Program-made: the position numbers and the translations under genes
NCBI GenBank assembly: GCA_963817895.1
Contig: CAWFQB010000014.1
Span: forward strand, 448,001 to 512,000
Direction of reading: 5' to 3'
DNA from: an uncultured Chthonomonadaceae bacterium
GTDB lineage: Bacteria > Armatimonadota > Chthonomonadetes > Chthonomonadales > Chthonomonadaceae
DNA: 64,000 nucleotides
The notes under the pieces: model-generated
Databases searched by the model: none
Told to the model about the DNA's origin: nothing
Seen by the model: the letters and a program-made list of their open reading frames with translations, nothing else
In this document: positions 1 through 12,665 of the stretch, one piece after another
How positions within the stretch are numbered: the stretch's first letter is position 1
Layout of the letters: each line of letters opens with the position of its first letter

Positions 1-2828
1 ATTCCCCGGACCCAACGTGAAATACCGCCGAGCCGGCTTCCATGCGCGCAAAGGAGACGCCGGACGCCTTCCGGGCCACTGCGCTTCCCTCCTGTACATC
101 CTGTTCCCGGCGCGGCGGGAACATACACCGTAGCGGAGGTGTTGGGAGGCACAACAATGCTTAGATACAGGACGCCTCCCTGCTTGCGCCACTCACTGAT
201 CGCCAGTCCGCGTACACTGCGATAGCTGCCCCGCGCCCAGGTGAGGTCGCCGACTATGCGCGGTTGAATGCGAATCTTGTCGAAGCCGACTGCGTCCGGT
301 TCCACGCAGATGCCCGCCAGTGACTTCTGAAACCAGGCGCTGATGGAACCGAACATCGGGTGATTGTGGGAGAATGTATTGTCGCTGAACTCCCAATGCT
401 CCCACAGCGTTGTGGCTCCATTTGCCAGCATCCATCCCCAGCCCGGAAACGTCTGCTGGCTCGCGACGGTATAAGCCACGTCTGCGTGTCCTCCTTCGCT
501 GAGGGCGCTGAGCAGGGCCGGCGTGCCGAAGATGCCTGTAGTCAGATGGCCTCCATGCGTTTGCGCAACGTCCTGCGCCAGCACCTCCATAGCCGCCGCT
601 TCTTCTGATGGAGGCACGAGACCATACTGGAGGGCCATCGCCTGGCACGCCTGGGTTGCCGTGTCGTAGCGCCCCGTTCCCGCCACAAGGAATCTCTGGT
701 TGAACGCAACGGCGATCGTTGCCGCCTCCTGCGCATAGTCATGAGCGTCCAGCCTGTCGTCCCAACGCCCGCGCCATTTTCTCCAGCAGGCGCGCATTGT
801 AGTAGTAGAAGGCGGTGCCGGTCAGCGCTGTGGGCTTGGCGACGAGGCTCTCGTGATCGCTGATGCCGTTGTCCAGAATGTGATCCACGGCCTTTGACGG
901 AGCAGGGCAAACCAGTGCTGCCCTTCGGGTACTGCTCCCGCAGCGTTTTGCGGTCGCCATACATTACATAGCGCTGCCAGACGAGCTGAGGATGCGCCGT
1001 GCCCCACTCCACCGGTCCCGCGCCTTCTCCCAGACCCGCGTCCGCAATGCCTACAAACGGCGACGGTTTCGGTAAAACCTCCATTCGGCCGCGCGGAGTC
1101 CGCCAGGTCCAGCATAGACTTCTCGTAGAAACGCGCCATGTCGAAGTTGAGCATCGCTGTTTCGCTGGTCGCCACAATATCGCCGCCATAGCCGAATTTC
1201 TCACGGTGCGGACAGTCGGACTGGACACTGAACAGATTGCTCAGAAACGTGTTTTCTACCATCGTCTGAATGCGCGTGAGCATCGGGTTGGAACAGGCGA
1301 AGTCACCGACTTTCTCTACATCGGCGTTCAGCCCGATGCCTTCGACAGCGTCTTTTGGAGGTATGCCCGGATAGCCGGTCACTTCGACGTAGCGGAAGCC
1401 GTGAAAGGTGAAGCGGGGCGTATAAATTTCGAGCGTTTTTCCTTTACAGACATACGTGTCGGCCTGCCATGCTGTCGCGGGAGCCTGTGATCCTGCCTCG
1501 ACCCTGCGCCCTTTAATCTGCCCGGTCACAGAGGTCAGCGGGTTGAGGGTACCGTCGGGATTCAGCAATTCCCCATAGCGCAGCGTCACGCGCGTTCCAG
1601 GCATACCCTCAACCACTCGCAGGCGCGCCCAACCCGCAAAGTTTTGTCCCAGATCGAAAAGGTACACGTCGGGGCGGGGCTGTGTCCTTGCGCGCGCGAG
1701 AAAGCGGCGCGTGGCGCGAATGGGTGGGGAAATCTGGGCGGACAGACTGCCGATGGGTTCCCGCGCAGGCACAGCGTACTTCCAGATCTCTTCGTCAAAG
1801 CCGGGGCGGTCCCAGTCCGGCTGTTCCCGGCGCGCATCGTAAGCCTCGCCCAGATAGACGCTGTTCTTGCGGATTGGACCGTCATGCGTCTTCCACGTCG
1901 TGTCCGTTACGAGGGTCTGGCGTGTGCCATCTGTATACGTAATCTCCAATTGCAGGAGGGCGCGCGGCGCGCCGATGGCGAGATGCTCGCGCAGGTTGAG
2001 ATGGCCCCACATCCGCAGGGGAAGTGGATCATACCAGCCGTTGCCCAACACGATCCCCACCGCGTTTTGACCCTGTTGCAGCGCAGACGTGACATCATAG
2101 GTGGCGTATAGCACCCGTTGCGAATAGGCCGTCCAGCCCGGATCAAGGACATGATCGCCCACTTTGCGGCCGTTGAGGGTAAGCTCATAGTAGCCTAGCC
2201 CACTAACATACGCCCGGGCGTATCGGATGGGTTTGCCGACGCGGAACTCCTTGCGCAGCAGGGGAGCGGGAGTATCACCGAAGTATGCCTCCTCGGTTGG
2301 CGGGGGCGGCACATCCTGTCGTATCCACTGCGCGCGCCAATCAGAGGGATGGAGCAGCCCCATCTCCCAGAAAGCGGAACCTGCTGTGGAGGAGGGCCTC
2401 CCTTGCCCATCCCACACCTGTACGCTCCACCAGACGCGCTGCCCGGAGTGCAGGGGACGCCCATTATATTCCACGCCTACAGTCTGTGTGGAGGCTATTC
2501 GTCCGCTGTCCCACAGGTCGGCCAGGCCGGTTTGCAGCCGCTCCGCGCTGCTGGCAACCCGAAGGCGATAGGCGCTCTGACGCAGCCCCCGCGCATGGGG
2601 CGCAACAGCCTTTAACTCCCAACTCAACCGTGGATGGGCAGTGTCTACACCTATGGGAGCATCCGCATACTCGCAACGCAGCCGAACGGCCTTCATAGCG
2701 CAGGGAACTACGCTTACACCCTCCTTATGGGCCGGTTGCGCTCTGGCCGCGAGCAGCGTGCCGCGTGAAAGGATCAACAGACCACTCACGAGCCATGTAT
2801 ACCAGATCATGGAACAGTTTTCTCTCAC
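1..2828 (-). CDS. Alpha-L-rhamnosidase (GH78), frameshifted; C-terminus runs to the window edge
   Basis: ORF 822..2828 has GH78 motifs (LYATYDVT, DLGQNFAGW, PRFTFHGFRYVEV, SDCPHREKFGYGGD). Homology continues in other frames (739..960; GATTLWEHW...SHNHPMFG near 350-430). Confidence 0.9.
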
Positions 2829-2921
2829 TACGTAAACCTCTGTGCGCCGTATGATCCGGCAATATATTTCCTGTCAGGCCTTTCAAGCAACCCCGGATTA
2901 CTATAACCTGACTGCTCGCTA

Positions 2922-4663
2922 TTACAGGAGGACACTCACTGCGGCGATTGGCGTACGACTATTGGGACATAGCCGATCGTCCATTCCCGGCGGCGGCTGA
3001 ACCAGAAGCGCCGGGTCAAGCATCGCGACCGTTCCTGTGCCGGGCGGAGGCATGTACTCCTTCCGGGGCGTCCAGGCGGCGTGAATCTTCTCCACAATGG
3101 CCTGCAAACGCTGCTTCTCCGCGCCGCTCAGGTCCGCATCTTGCAGCGCGGGCTGGTCTATGAAGCGGTACCAGTAGTAAGTGACCACACTGCCGTCGGA
3201 AAGCCTGGCCCGGAATGGCCCCGCTTTCGGACCGGGCTTGTGCCAGCAATCATCTCCGGCCTCAGGCGAGGTATAGGATGCGTCTGCAGTGGCCGGAAGG
3301 AACCGCGCCGTCTTCAACCCGGTTGCGTCCGGCACTGCGTCTGCGGCAACGGCTGCCATTTCGTTCCCCTCCTGCTTGAAATACTCTGGGAAAGACCCGC
3401 GCCGAACCTTGCCGGTCCAGGGCGTGAGCGCAGAAGGCTGCCACTGCAAACCGAACGTACTCCTATCAAACGCGACAGTTTCCACCCATTTCTCGAAGTT
3501 GCGAATGGGACGCTTCTCCGCTCCCTGGCGCACGGCAAGGGGACGGGCTTTGCAGGGCGGAACCAGAGCGCCTTTCGCATCGAATTTGCCGGAGGGTGCG
3601 GCTTCCCCCGGCCAGCCAGCGCTCCACCTGCCGATACAAGCGCGTCTTTGGAGTAGTGCGTCAGATTGTGGATGAGGATGGTGCGGCCCTCCTTATCCAC
3701 CGGGAATTGCAGACGCGGGATACGGGTATAGGTCACTGCCGTCCGCATCCTGACTGAGGAAACGCGGCACGGTATTGATCTCGATAGCGCCGCCGGTCAC
3801 CAGACCCGGTCGGGTGTCCAGTCCCCGCGCAATGGCGGGCGGGTGCTGCCGGGAGATACGGCTCCAGGTGACGGGCGTGTAAAACGCCACCGGCCCTTTG
3901 AAGTTCTTGGAATTGAGGAAAAGCGTCCAGCACTGGTTGCCGGTGGGAATGGGCAGGCCGGCGGTCGTGGATTTCGGCTTCGGTCAGCGGCAGCGCCATC
4001 CAGGCATAGCCCAGGAGGTCGCCGCAGGTTCCGTTCCGAAACGTCAGGCCGTCCGGCGGAACCAGCAGGCGCGGGCTGAGTTGCGCAATGCCCATCTGGT
4101 CCGGCTGGAGCGCTTTGGTATTCCCGAATCCCCATCCCGGCGACGATATCTCGTGGTTGTAGCCATTGGCCGTGCCGTTCATGCGGAACTTGGCCGTCGT
4201 CAGCTCCAAAATGGGTACTGCCCCAGAAGCCCAGCCCGCCTTCGATGGTCTGGAAGACATCGCGGTAGCTGGGGCCGCGTTCCGGCCAGTTGTCGCGGGC
4301 CACCGTGCCCCTGGGCAGCAGCGGAGTGTTGATCTTGCGGTTCTCCGGCACGATCCAGATGGAGGCAAGGCCGATCTGAAAGTCGCGCAGGGGCCGCTCC
4401 ACCAGAGGCCAGGCGGTGGCGTAAAGGCTGACGCCGTACCCATACTCCTCCGGCGGGGCCGGAACCTCCATGCTGATATAGCCCGCCAGCCCTTCCGAAA
4501 CGAGCTGTGGCGTTGGCAAGGCCGGGGATGGCGTCTGAAGTTCCTGATTGAAATTTTCCACAGGAGGCAACCCTTTTTGGGATTTTGCTCTCTCCTCCGC
4601 ATGAACAAAGAGAGCGCTGCTGCCGAGCAGACAGACCAAAAGTGTACGTTGTCGAACGCGCAT
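2922..4663 (-). CDS. Secreted conserved hypothetical protein split over about 4 frames
   Basis: Signal-peptide-like start (MRVRQRTLLVCLLGSSALFVHA). ORFs 3797..4663, 3733..4743, 3693..3890, 3314..3748 and 2922..3533 overlap and read as one protein with indels. Confidence 0.6.
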
Positions 4664-4714
4664 GTGTTTTGTTCCTTAGAGAAGGATACCGCCCAAAGTG
4701 TCTTGGTCCGGGTG

Positions 4715-5063
4715 TCAACGGATTTGCCGTTCAATTCCGGCAAAGAGGGTCTTTAGCTATGCCAATCGTGCAGCGTCGAGACAGGGACGCCGCGACCGCG
4801 CGAAGATTTTCCCGCAACCGCTCCTCACTGTGAAAGCCCACACAGCAGGCACTGATCTCCTGCGCCAGAACAAAGCGCAGCGCGGCTTCAGGGATGCTGT
4901 AAGGCTGGAGAAAATCCAGGAGCGTTGGGGTGTCGTATGGTGGGACAACGGGAAGATTGCCGTCCGCGATGTGGCGACGAATACATTCTAAAGCGGCATT
5001 CACATGCATAAAAGTCTCTGACGAAAGTGCGGGCGTTTCGTAATGCAGCATTTGGCCTCTCAA
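4715..5063 (-). pseudogene. 3' fragment of an aldo/keto reductase-like gene
   Basis: SIPEAALRFVLAQEISACCVGFHSEERLRENL resembles the AKR C-terminal cofactor-binding segment; no N-terminal part is present. Confidence 0.55.
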
Positions 5064-5136
5064 CTTGTGATAATGCTCGAATAGGCGGTCAGCCGAGGAT
5101 TTCCTACAGACTGCCGCAATATCTGTTCTCAGGACA

Positions 5137-8100
5137 TTATTGCTTGTTTGCGCCCCCGCTAAGGGTACTGCCAGACTGCACCTTATACGCCCCTTGGGTA
5201 TTGCGGGTCAGGTCACAGCGCCATGCCTCGGCAACGCTCTGATCGTCCGCCAAAATCCCGGCAAGTTGATTGCCATTGAGGGTGCAATCCCGCAGTTCGG
5301 CGCGGCCGGAATGGAGAGCGATTCCTGCGCCGCCGTTACTGTACAGGGGGCTTTTCTCCACGGTTGCATGGCCGCCACTTCCAATCCAGATGCCGTCGCG
5401 CGTATTATGATGCGCCTGGCAGCGTTGAATAGTCCCATTGGCTTTGTCGCTGACGCTGATGCCCACCGCTGCATTGCCGAAGACAAAACAATCCTGGAGG
5501 CTGCACACGCTGTTCGCGCCTATCTTGACGCCATCCTCCTTGTTATTGAATACCTGACAGTGATAAAACTCCCCTTTACCGCCGTCTATTACGCTTACGC
5601 CGGTCCACCCGTTTGTGCCGATGTCACAGTCTCTTACGATTCCGTAGCCGCCGCGTCCGATCCAGATGCCGTGATGCTGATTGTTCTGCGCCCGGCAACG
5701 CAGTATGGTTGCCGTCGCGTTATCGCCAACGCCCACGCCTGCCGACACATTGCCAACCAGGATACAATCCTGCAGGCTGCCCGTGCTGTTCATGCCCAGC
5801 CACACGCCATTCTCCTGATTGTTCAAAACCTGACAGCGATAAAGGGTCAGTTTACCGCCATCTACGATGTTTGCGCCTTTCTCCCCGTTCTTGCCGATGT
5901 CGCAGTTTTCAGCAACGATCTGGCCCTCCTGGGTCGCCGTAATCCCCTGATGCGCGCCATCATGAATTTTGCAGCGTCGTAATAAAATGGAACCGCTGGC
6001 CCGCGCGAGTACATTTGCGGAGGGACTGCCGGAGAGGTCGCAGTCCTCGAATTGCGCCCTCGCATGGGCGATCACGAGGACGCCTTCCTCTTTGCAGTCG
6101 TGAACCCAACACTTCGTCGCGAAAACATCGGTTTTCTCGCCGGACGCGATCAACCCCGCCCCCGTCTCGGAACTGAGAGCGCAGTTGAACAGGGTCAAAC
6201 GTCCTGACGTAATTCCTGCCGCAGGGACGGGCTTGCCCGCAGGCGCGCCTTGAACGCGCAGAATGATTCCACGCAGTGTCACATCCGCCTCCTGCACGAA
6301 GACGCACGGGCTGCCTGTTGCCTCGATACGCACTTCTCCCGCCGGATTGTTGCTCGTCAATTCCACAGACTTATCAAGTACGAGGCTCTCTTTGTAAATT
6401 CCCGGATCAATAAAAATGCGCGTCCCGGCAGGAACATTGCGGATGGCTTCGGTAATGGAAGCGAACTGTCCCTCGCCATTCTTGCTTACCGTGATGTGGG
6501 GCGCAAGATAGACTCCCAGAGCTAAACGCGCCGTAACTTCCTCTTGCGCCTGCTCCCAGGCGTCCCGCTTGATCTGGCCTCCCGGCGTTTGCAGCACCGC
6601 CAGCAAAGGCGCAAGGGAGGCGTTGTCTTGCAGCCGCGCCTGAAGGAGTTCAGGGCTGACTCCCATCTCCGCCGCCGCCTGCATCAAATTAAGCGGCGCA
6701 TCGTATTTTGTCGCGAGGGCGACGATGGGTTCCGCGCTGCCGATTTCCGCGCCCGTCGCGTGGATGCCGGCAGCATAACGCTTATTGTCCCCTTCCATCA
6801 GGGCGGCAAGGCGCGAAGGTTCCACATACAGCCCCAATGCCCGGTCGCGGTCGTAGTCCGGGGTCGGGGTTTTCTCAATCACAGCGCGCACCTGATCCTG
6901 GAAGCGTCTGAGTCCCTGCGTGTGACAGGTCATGCACGTCAGTCCATTGCGGACAACCGGGTCGCTTGCGTTCTCCTTGTTGGTGACGATTTCCACCGGC
7001 CCCGCGTTGATTCGTTCTCCATTGCTGTTGACAAGCATATAGCCCTGCAATCCATTGGGCAGGTTGAAGATGATTTCCCCGCCCGCCACATCAAAGAAGA
7101 TTGGATTCTGAAAGATGTTTTGCTTGCCCACGCTGGAACTAAAATCATACGAGCGCCAGTAGGCTCCAAATGCGGCGTCATGCCGCTCCACAATGCGATT
7201 GTTGCGTGACACGCCGCTCTCGCCAAATCCGGCGCGTCGAGCGTTTCCTTGCCGAATATTCCTGTTCGCATCGATCCCCAACTTCGCCTCAAGCTCGAAG
7301 ACGGTGCGCGGCAAGCCCAACAGTGCGTGATAGAGTAAGGGTTGTCCAGCGCGCGCCACAAACCAATCGGCGCGCGCGCACAGCATTTCACAATCGGTAG
7401 CGGCGCGAACGCTCTGCCCGACGGCGGTTTGAGCGACAACGGCATAAGGATAGAGCGTGACCAGTTTGCGCCAGGTGTCCGCCGTCCAGGAATAGTGGCG
7501 TATATCAATGCGCAGAATAGTCTGGGCGGCATCTACGGGCTGCGGCACGGCAATGCGTTTCTGCCACGACAGACTGTTGAGGAGTTTGGACAGGGCAAGG
7601 CTATACGCATGGAGAGCGTCGTCGCTGACGCCGGCATTATAGAGATGGGTAAGGGTAAAATAGCGCGTGTATTGCCGGTCAGGTTCCTTGATTCCGTCGA
7701 TGATCTGCCCTGATAGCCGTATAAGTGGTTTCGGTAGAAATGAACTTGCGCGAACCGGAGGTAGACTTTCCGATGCCTTCCGCACCCGCTTCGATCCAGG
7801 CTTTGAGAGTTGCTTTCTCGTCCGACGTAAGAGCGTCCTGTCGGCTTTTGGGCGGCATTGGGTCATTGGGGGAGAGAACGGCGCGGATGTAGATGCGCGA
7901 ATGTGCCGGGTCGCCGGGCTTAATCTGGTTTTTGGCTAGCATCGCAACGCGATCATTGATGTCAAACCCGGCGGTGGCATCCGCGCCGTGACATTTGCTG
8001 CAATGCGTGGTAAAGATCGCCTGCGCCTTTTGCGGCAGTTCGGAAGTATTTTGGGCGCCAGCATCCTGTCGGCTGTCAACAAGGACAAGCAGCGTCAGGA

Positions 8101-8152
8101 AGAGAGCGAGACCAACCCGGATGGATAAATGGAGGGGCAACATGGTTTTCAA
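5137..8152 (-). CDS. Secreted planctomycete-type cytochrome c + second heme domain + right-handed beta-helix protein (frameshift near 7700)
   Basis: 7679..8152 has a signal peptide, CSKCH and MPP...LT..EK..LKAWI. 5137..7866 continues with CMTCH and a long parallel beta-helix repeat region. Confidence 0.75.
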
Positions 8153-8270
8153 TTTAACATCCCCTTGTTAACGAGGCTTACGCGCCGAAACAACTTTTCT
8201 AAATTCCTACTCTTGCATCGAACAGCAACCTGGCCGCTTTTCGTAAGTGATTAAGAGCATACAGACCTGG

Positions 8271-8586
8271 ACGAAATCAGCGTTCCGGTAGTAGGGGCGC
8301 TGATTTCGTTTCCATAGATAGGATCGTTTGCAATAGTCTATACGTCACAGGCTTTGTACGCCTGTTCCAGCGCGGCGACCGCATCGCGTTTGGGTGTGAA
8401 TTCCTGTCCCACATAACCGTCGTACTCCGTGGCGGCAATGGCGCGGCAGATGGCGGGATAGTAGAGTTCCTGGTTCTCGTCGAGTTCGTTGCAGCCCGGA
8501 TTGCCTGCCGTGTGGAAATGCCCGATGTAGTCTATGTTGTCGCGCAGGGTGCGGATCACATCGCCCTCCCCTTTTTACATGCCTAC
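8271..8586 (-). repeat. Displaced hyi 3' end, copy A, with downstream hairpin
   Basis: Encodes [75 protein letters not shown], nearly identical to the C-terminus of 18846..19604. Confidence 0.95.
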
Positions 8587-8866
8587 AATGCTCTTGCGGA
8601 CAACAAACCGTGGCGCAACACCCTAAAGCTTAGTGATTCGGTTCTTGAACTCAAGGATTAAGGCTTTCTTTGCCGGCAAGGCGCATGCCGACAAGATGCG
8701 AGGCTCCTCTTGACGTAAGATCATCCATGTCCGACTCCCAGCACTTGCGGTCTGCCGTACAAACCTTGACTATTTGATGTCAGGTAGGTTTCTGCTTGGG
8801 GTAGAATTTCAGATACGAGATGACAAGGCTGGCCTCCCTTAGTTCCAGTTCAGTCTCCTGATTGCT

Positions 8867-10259
8867 TCAACGCGCCACCAGTTCTGGCAACTGTTTCTCG
8901 GCGATTCCGATCTGCCGATCCAGCGGAATGCCCGCACATGTCAGCAGCGTGCCAAGCAGATCGCCCTGGTTACCTTTGACATCGGGGAGATAACATCCGG
9001 TCTTGAGCGATCCGCCGCCTTTACCGGCGATGATAAACGGCAGGTTCTCCCTGGTATGTTTGTTTCCGTCTTCCAGGCCTGATCCCCACATCAAGATGCA
9101 ATTGTCGAGTAGTGTGCCGCTGCCTTCCTTCAAGCCGGCCATCTTCTTCACCATGTAGGCAAATTGAGCCACGTTGAAAGCGTTGATCTTGGTGACCTTG
9201 TCGAGCATCACGGGATTGTTGTTGTGGTGCGTCTGGGAGTGATGCTCGTCACTGAAGCCAAGCTCCGGGTACGACACGCCGTTTGGTGTCGACCCGATGT
9301 AAGTACTCACACGGGTGAGATCGCACTGGAACGCCAGCACGTTGAGGTCGCACATTACCTCCATGTACTCGCTCCGTTTGTCGCCCGTGGGGATTTTGAC
9401 CTCAATCGGCACCGAACGGGCGGCGACCGTGTTGGAGGGGGCGACGTTGGCCTTTGCCAGAGAACTCTCTTTCTGCCGCGCCTGGATTGCCGCGATTCGT
9501 CGTTCCACAGCGCGCACACTGTCGAGATACTCGTCCAGCTTCTGCTGGTCGTCACGGCTCAGTTTTCCGCGTAGTTCCTTTGCACCGCCCAAAACCAGGT
9601 CGAGCATCGAACGGTCCAGTGGGTCATAAGAGGTCTTACTCGCGGGACCGAAGCCTGTCTCACGGCATTGGAACAATCGCTTGAGAACGCTGGCGGGATC
9701 TATCTCGGCCGGCATCGGCTGGCGAGGCCCGCGGAAACTGCAGTGCGAGTAATACGCTTCGTGCAGCCCTTCCTGGTGCTCCATGTGTGTTTGAGGCATC
9801 GTCGCCAGTTCCAGCGACGGCATGAGGAGTGAACGCGCCGACATAGTTCGCGGCGATCTGGTCGGCAGAGGTGGCGATGTTCACGACTGCCCTGCTTTTG
9901 CGAATCCGGCAAGGTTGCCGTCAGCCAGGTGGAGAGTTCCAGAGCGTGGGGCGCGCCGTTGAACGGCGCGATGGGCACGCCGCTGATCCCCTTCACCAGT
10001 AGGCACTGATCGAGTACGCCACGCAGCGGCTCCAGGATCGGTGGTGGCGACTTCAAGAACCCGGCGGAATCCGTTGGCCAGAATCGCTCGGGGATCACAC
10101 CGTGCGGCATGTACATGAAACCAAGCCGTACCGGTGGTTTCGACGCGGCGGGCGACTTCCGACCATCCGCCCAGCCCATCGTTTCCAGCAGAGGCAACGA
10201 AAGCGATACACCAAGCCACTCAGACAGGTTCGGCGACTGATAAGAACGTTACTTCGCAT
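8867..10259 (-). CDS. DUF1552 family protein (frameshifted)
   Basis: SRR-containing leader, [47 protein letters not shown]...GNKH..ENLP; lies downstream of a DUF1592 gene. Confidence 0.85.
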
Positions 10260-12198
10260 TTTGGGTCTCTCCTGTATTGGTCACGCGACGATGGGTAAAG
10301 GGATCACTGGTCACCACGCTAAGTACGAGCGTCTGCATCCGATAGTCATCTTTCTTGATCGAGTCTGTCATTTCATCTACTACGATCTCATCATACCCTT
10401 CCAGCTGCCGACCAAGTGCATACGCCAGCAGTTTGCCGGTGAGATTTCGGCAGAAATCATCCTTTCGGTCGGCTATGATCCGCTTGAGTTCCGCAGGGGT
10501 GGTGAAATGGAGTCCTCCCGGCAGTTCGCCGGAGGCATCGATCTTACCGGCGGAATCATCTACAGTTCGCCAGCGACCGATCGCATCGAAATTCTCCAAC
10601 CCGAAACCGATCGGGTCGAGCACCTTGTGGCAGCTCGCGCAAACGGCGTTCGAACGATGTAGCTCCGTGCGCTGTCGCAGCGTCATGTTCGCTATTACCA
10701 GTTTGTCCTGCTTCTCCAGCGTAGGCACATTGGGTGGGGGCGGAGGCACATGTTCGCCAAGTACCTGCTCCAGCACCCAGACGCCACGATTCACAGGGCT
10801 GGTGCGGTTTGGAAATGAGCTATTTGCGAGAATACCAGGCATTGTAAGGATGCCGCCGCGGTTGGAATTCGTCAGAGTTACACGTCGCATCTGCTCGCCG
10901 CGAACGGTCCCCTCCATCCCATAGATAGTCGCCAAGCTCTCGTTGAGGTAGGTGGAGTTGCTATCGATTAAGGTTGTCAATTTGAGGTTATTACGAAGGA
11001 CCTCTTGAAAAAACAGGCGGGCCTCGTCGTACATTGCCAATCGCATTTTCCCCGTCATCTGAGGAAACTTCTCGGTGTCGAACATCTTGCCCTCAAGCTT
11101 GTCCACGCCGAGCCACTGTGCCCCAAATCCATCGAACAGCGCCCGCGACCGCGGATCTTTTAAGAGCCGTCGGGCTTGGGCTGCGAGTACCTCGGTGTTC
11201 TGTAGTTTCCCAGAGTCTGCCAGTGCGGACAACTCGCCGTCGGGCATCGTCGCCCACAGCAGATACGAAAGGCGTGACGCCAGTTGATAATCGTCCAGAG
11301 GGACCATCTCCTGTGACACCGTCGTATTGCCGCTGCTATTCGCTTTGACGGGCGTGATAAACAAGAACTGCGGTGACACCAGGGTCGCCTTGACCATCAA
11401 TCGCAGCGCTTCGGGATAGGGTTTGCCGTTCTGTCTCGCCAACGAGAAAACTCGCATCAGGACATCCACTTCCGCATCCGAAGCGGGCCGACGAAACGCG
11501 AGACGAGCCAGTGATCGGGCAACTTTCCGCGCTGCCGCCGTGGGATCCACTCCTTTATCCGGCAACTCGCCGAGCAACCTCCGCTGCACTGCTGTCGGCT
11601 TTGATCCGGGGGGTGAAAATGACTTGTCCAGAACATTATTCGCTATTGAAAGGTATTTCTCGATCAGTAGTGGCGAGAGTGTGTTGGTGTATCCCGCGCC
11701 GACTACCTCATCTGGCAGCTCTCGTGCAATCGCAGGATCGACACCGAATATATCATGAAGGGTGTTGCCATATTCCCGCTTGTTCAATCGTCGAATGACA
11801 AACAAGCCAGGATCCTTCGGCACACGTTTCTTCATTCCTGCTACCCATTCGATGACCGCCCTGCGTTCCTTTTCGCTCGGTTGCCTACTCTCATTCGCCG
11901 GTGGCATGTCATGAGCCGCGATCTGGGTCGACGCTCGCTTCCACAGCATCTGGAACGCCAGCCCGTTCGGATTCTTTTGTAAATCTTGGAATGTCACACC
12001 TCCGCTCCGCCTGTTGTCTGTATGGCAACGCAGGCAGTAGGTCTCCATGAACGGTGAGACCTCGTTCTTAAAGGTTTTGGCCGCTTCGGTGCGTGCCCGG
12101 ATTAAAGCCGCGGCATCATTCTTCGATGAGTCGTCCGCGCACAGCGCTGTCGGCAGCGCCAGCAGCAAGGCGGTGAGGAGTGTTATGGTGTGTTTCAC
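10249..12198 (-). CDS. DUF1587/1595/1592/1588/1585 multidomain protein with heme-binding motifs
   Basis: CLRCH, RRLNKREYGNTLHD, LASRLSYLLWATMPD, RTSPVNRGVWVL, CASCH..LDPIGFGLENFDAIGRWR. Probable GTG start at 12198 followed by a signal peptide. Confidence 0.9.
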   Translation of the reverse strand: MKHTITLLTALLLALPTALCADDSSKNDAAALIRARTEAAKTFKNEVSPFMETYCLRCHTDNRRSGGVTFQDLQKNPNGLAFQMLWKRASTQIAAHDMPPANESRQPSEKERRAVIEWVAGMKKRVPKDPGLFVIRRLNKREYGNTLHDIFGVDPAIARELPDEVVGAGYTNTLSPLLIEKYLSIANNVLDKSFSPPGSKPTAVQRRLLGELPDKGVDPTAAARKVARSLARLAFRRPASDAEVDVLMRVFSLARQNGKPYPEALRLMVKATLVSPQFLFITPVKANSSGNTTVSQEMVPLDDYQLASRLSYLLWATMPDGELSALADSGKLQNTEVLAAQARRLLKDPRSRALFDGFGAQWLGVDKLEGKMFDTEKFPQMTGKMRLAMYDEARLFFQEVLRNNLKLTTLIDSNSTYLNESLATIYGMEGTVRGEQMRRVTLTNSNRGGILTMPGILANSSFPNRTSPVNRGVWVLEQVLGEHVPPPPPNVPTLEKQDKLVIANMTLRQRTELHRSNAVCASCHKVLDPIGFGLENFDAIGRWRTVDDSAGKIDASGELPGGLHFTTPAELKRIIADRKDDFCRNLTGKLLAYALGRQLEGYDEIVVDEMTDSIKKDDYRMQTLVLSVVTSDPFTHRRVTNTGETQNAK

Positions 12199-12322
12199 AT
12201 TCAGTTCCTTCAGTTGAGTGTTTGCAGACCAAGGTTTTACGCCTCTTCCCAAGGCGCCCTGAGCTTCGGTTTCGCGGTGAGGAACTCGAGGCAGCGGCGC
12301 AGCTTGCCTTCCTTTAACCTGC

Positions 12323-12637
12323 ACGAAATCAGCGTCCCTACCACCGGAACGCTGATTTCATTTCCATAGATAGGATCGTTTGCAATAATCTATACGTCAC
12401 AGGCCTTGTACGCCTGCTCCAGTGCGGCGACGGGATCACCCTTCGGCGTGAATTCCTGCCCGATGTAGCCGTCGTAGCCGGTTGCGGCGATGGCGCAGCA
12501 GATGGCAGGGTAGTAGAGTTCCTGGTTCTCGTCGAGTTCGTTGCGGCCCGGATTGCTGGCCATGTGGAAGTATCCGGGTGTTCGGTGTTGTTATGCAATG
12601 TTCTGATTACGTCGCCGTCCCTTTTTTACATGCATAC
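12323..12637 (-). repeat. Displaced hyi 3' end, copy B (frameshifted), with downstream hairpin
   Basis: Aligns along its length with 8271..8586 and with 18846..19090; encodes ...[54 protein letters not shown]. Confidence 0.95.
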
Positions 12638-12665
12638 CAGGCAAGGACATGACTTATTAGATGAA

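Noticed and set aside
8590..8860. Possible integrase remnant at the cassette end
   Set aside because: All frames I read contain stops and no recombinase motif is recognisable.
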